DNA of 64,000 bases from Rickettsiales bacterium (GTDB lineage Bacteria > Pseudomonadota > Alphaproteobacteria > Rickettsiales > UBA3002), in assembly GCA_965247335.1 (NCBI GenBank), contig CBDFGU010000009.1:851243-915242 (forward strand), written 5' to 3'. Position 1 is the first letter of the stretch, and each line of letters opens with the position of its first letter. Made by a program: the position numbers and the translations under genes. The notes beneath the pieces are model-generated. The model ran no database searches. It had not been told where the DNA came from and saw only the letters and a program-made list of their open reading frames with translations. Positions 63,930 to 64,000 of this stretch are shown here, in pieces.

Positions 63930-64000
63930 ATGACGACCCGTTCTTCCTTCTCCTCTGCGCTGCTCATCACGGCTTCTTTGCTGCTGACACTTCCTTCCTG
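63930..64000 (+). CDS. start of an exported protein (partial, runs off the window)
   Basis: The ATG at 63930 gives MTTRSSFSSALLITASLLLTLPS..., which is signal-peptide-like. Only 23 codons are visible. Confidence 0.3.
   Translation, partial: MTTRSSFSSALLITASLLLTLPS

Overview
The window looks like a high-GC alphaproteobacterial chromosome segment and is mostly core metabolism. Recognised core genes include priA, tal, DUF484-xerC, icd and putA. There is a complete TCA block, mdh-sucC-sucD-sucA-sucB-lpdA, on the minus strand, followed by rho and hemE-hemH-hemJ. Further right are a DUF299 regulator, aroE-coaE-dnaQ, atpHAGDC, yggS and a porin. The one clearly accessory locus is a two-partner secretion (TPS) pair next to tRNA-Arg(CCT). 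It consists of tpsB (28725..30404) and a single 17,046-nt tpsA ORF (11586..28631, 5,681 aa). The tpsA passenger has three tiers of repeats and ends in 25 tandem 249-bp MBG/YDG-type units. The second main point is the hemE / DUF299 intergenic region (50776..51147). It matches the conserved alphaproteobacterial origin neighbourhood, and gene orientation flips there, so I call it a candidate oriC. Other observations: short AT-richer ORFans are wedged with abutting or overlapping stop/start codons into the atp and TCA operons. An M48-like protein has HGTAH in place of HExxH. Several small hairpin/MITE-like repeat families are present, including a 227-bp element with long terminal inverted repeats that could instead be a structured RNA. 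I found no CRISPR array, IS/transposase, integrase, prophage or recognisable defence system, and no multi-gene system of clearly novel type beyond the TPS locus. All family assignments come from motif recognition by eye, not from searches.
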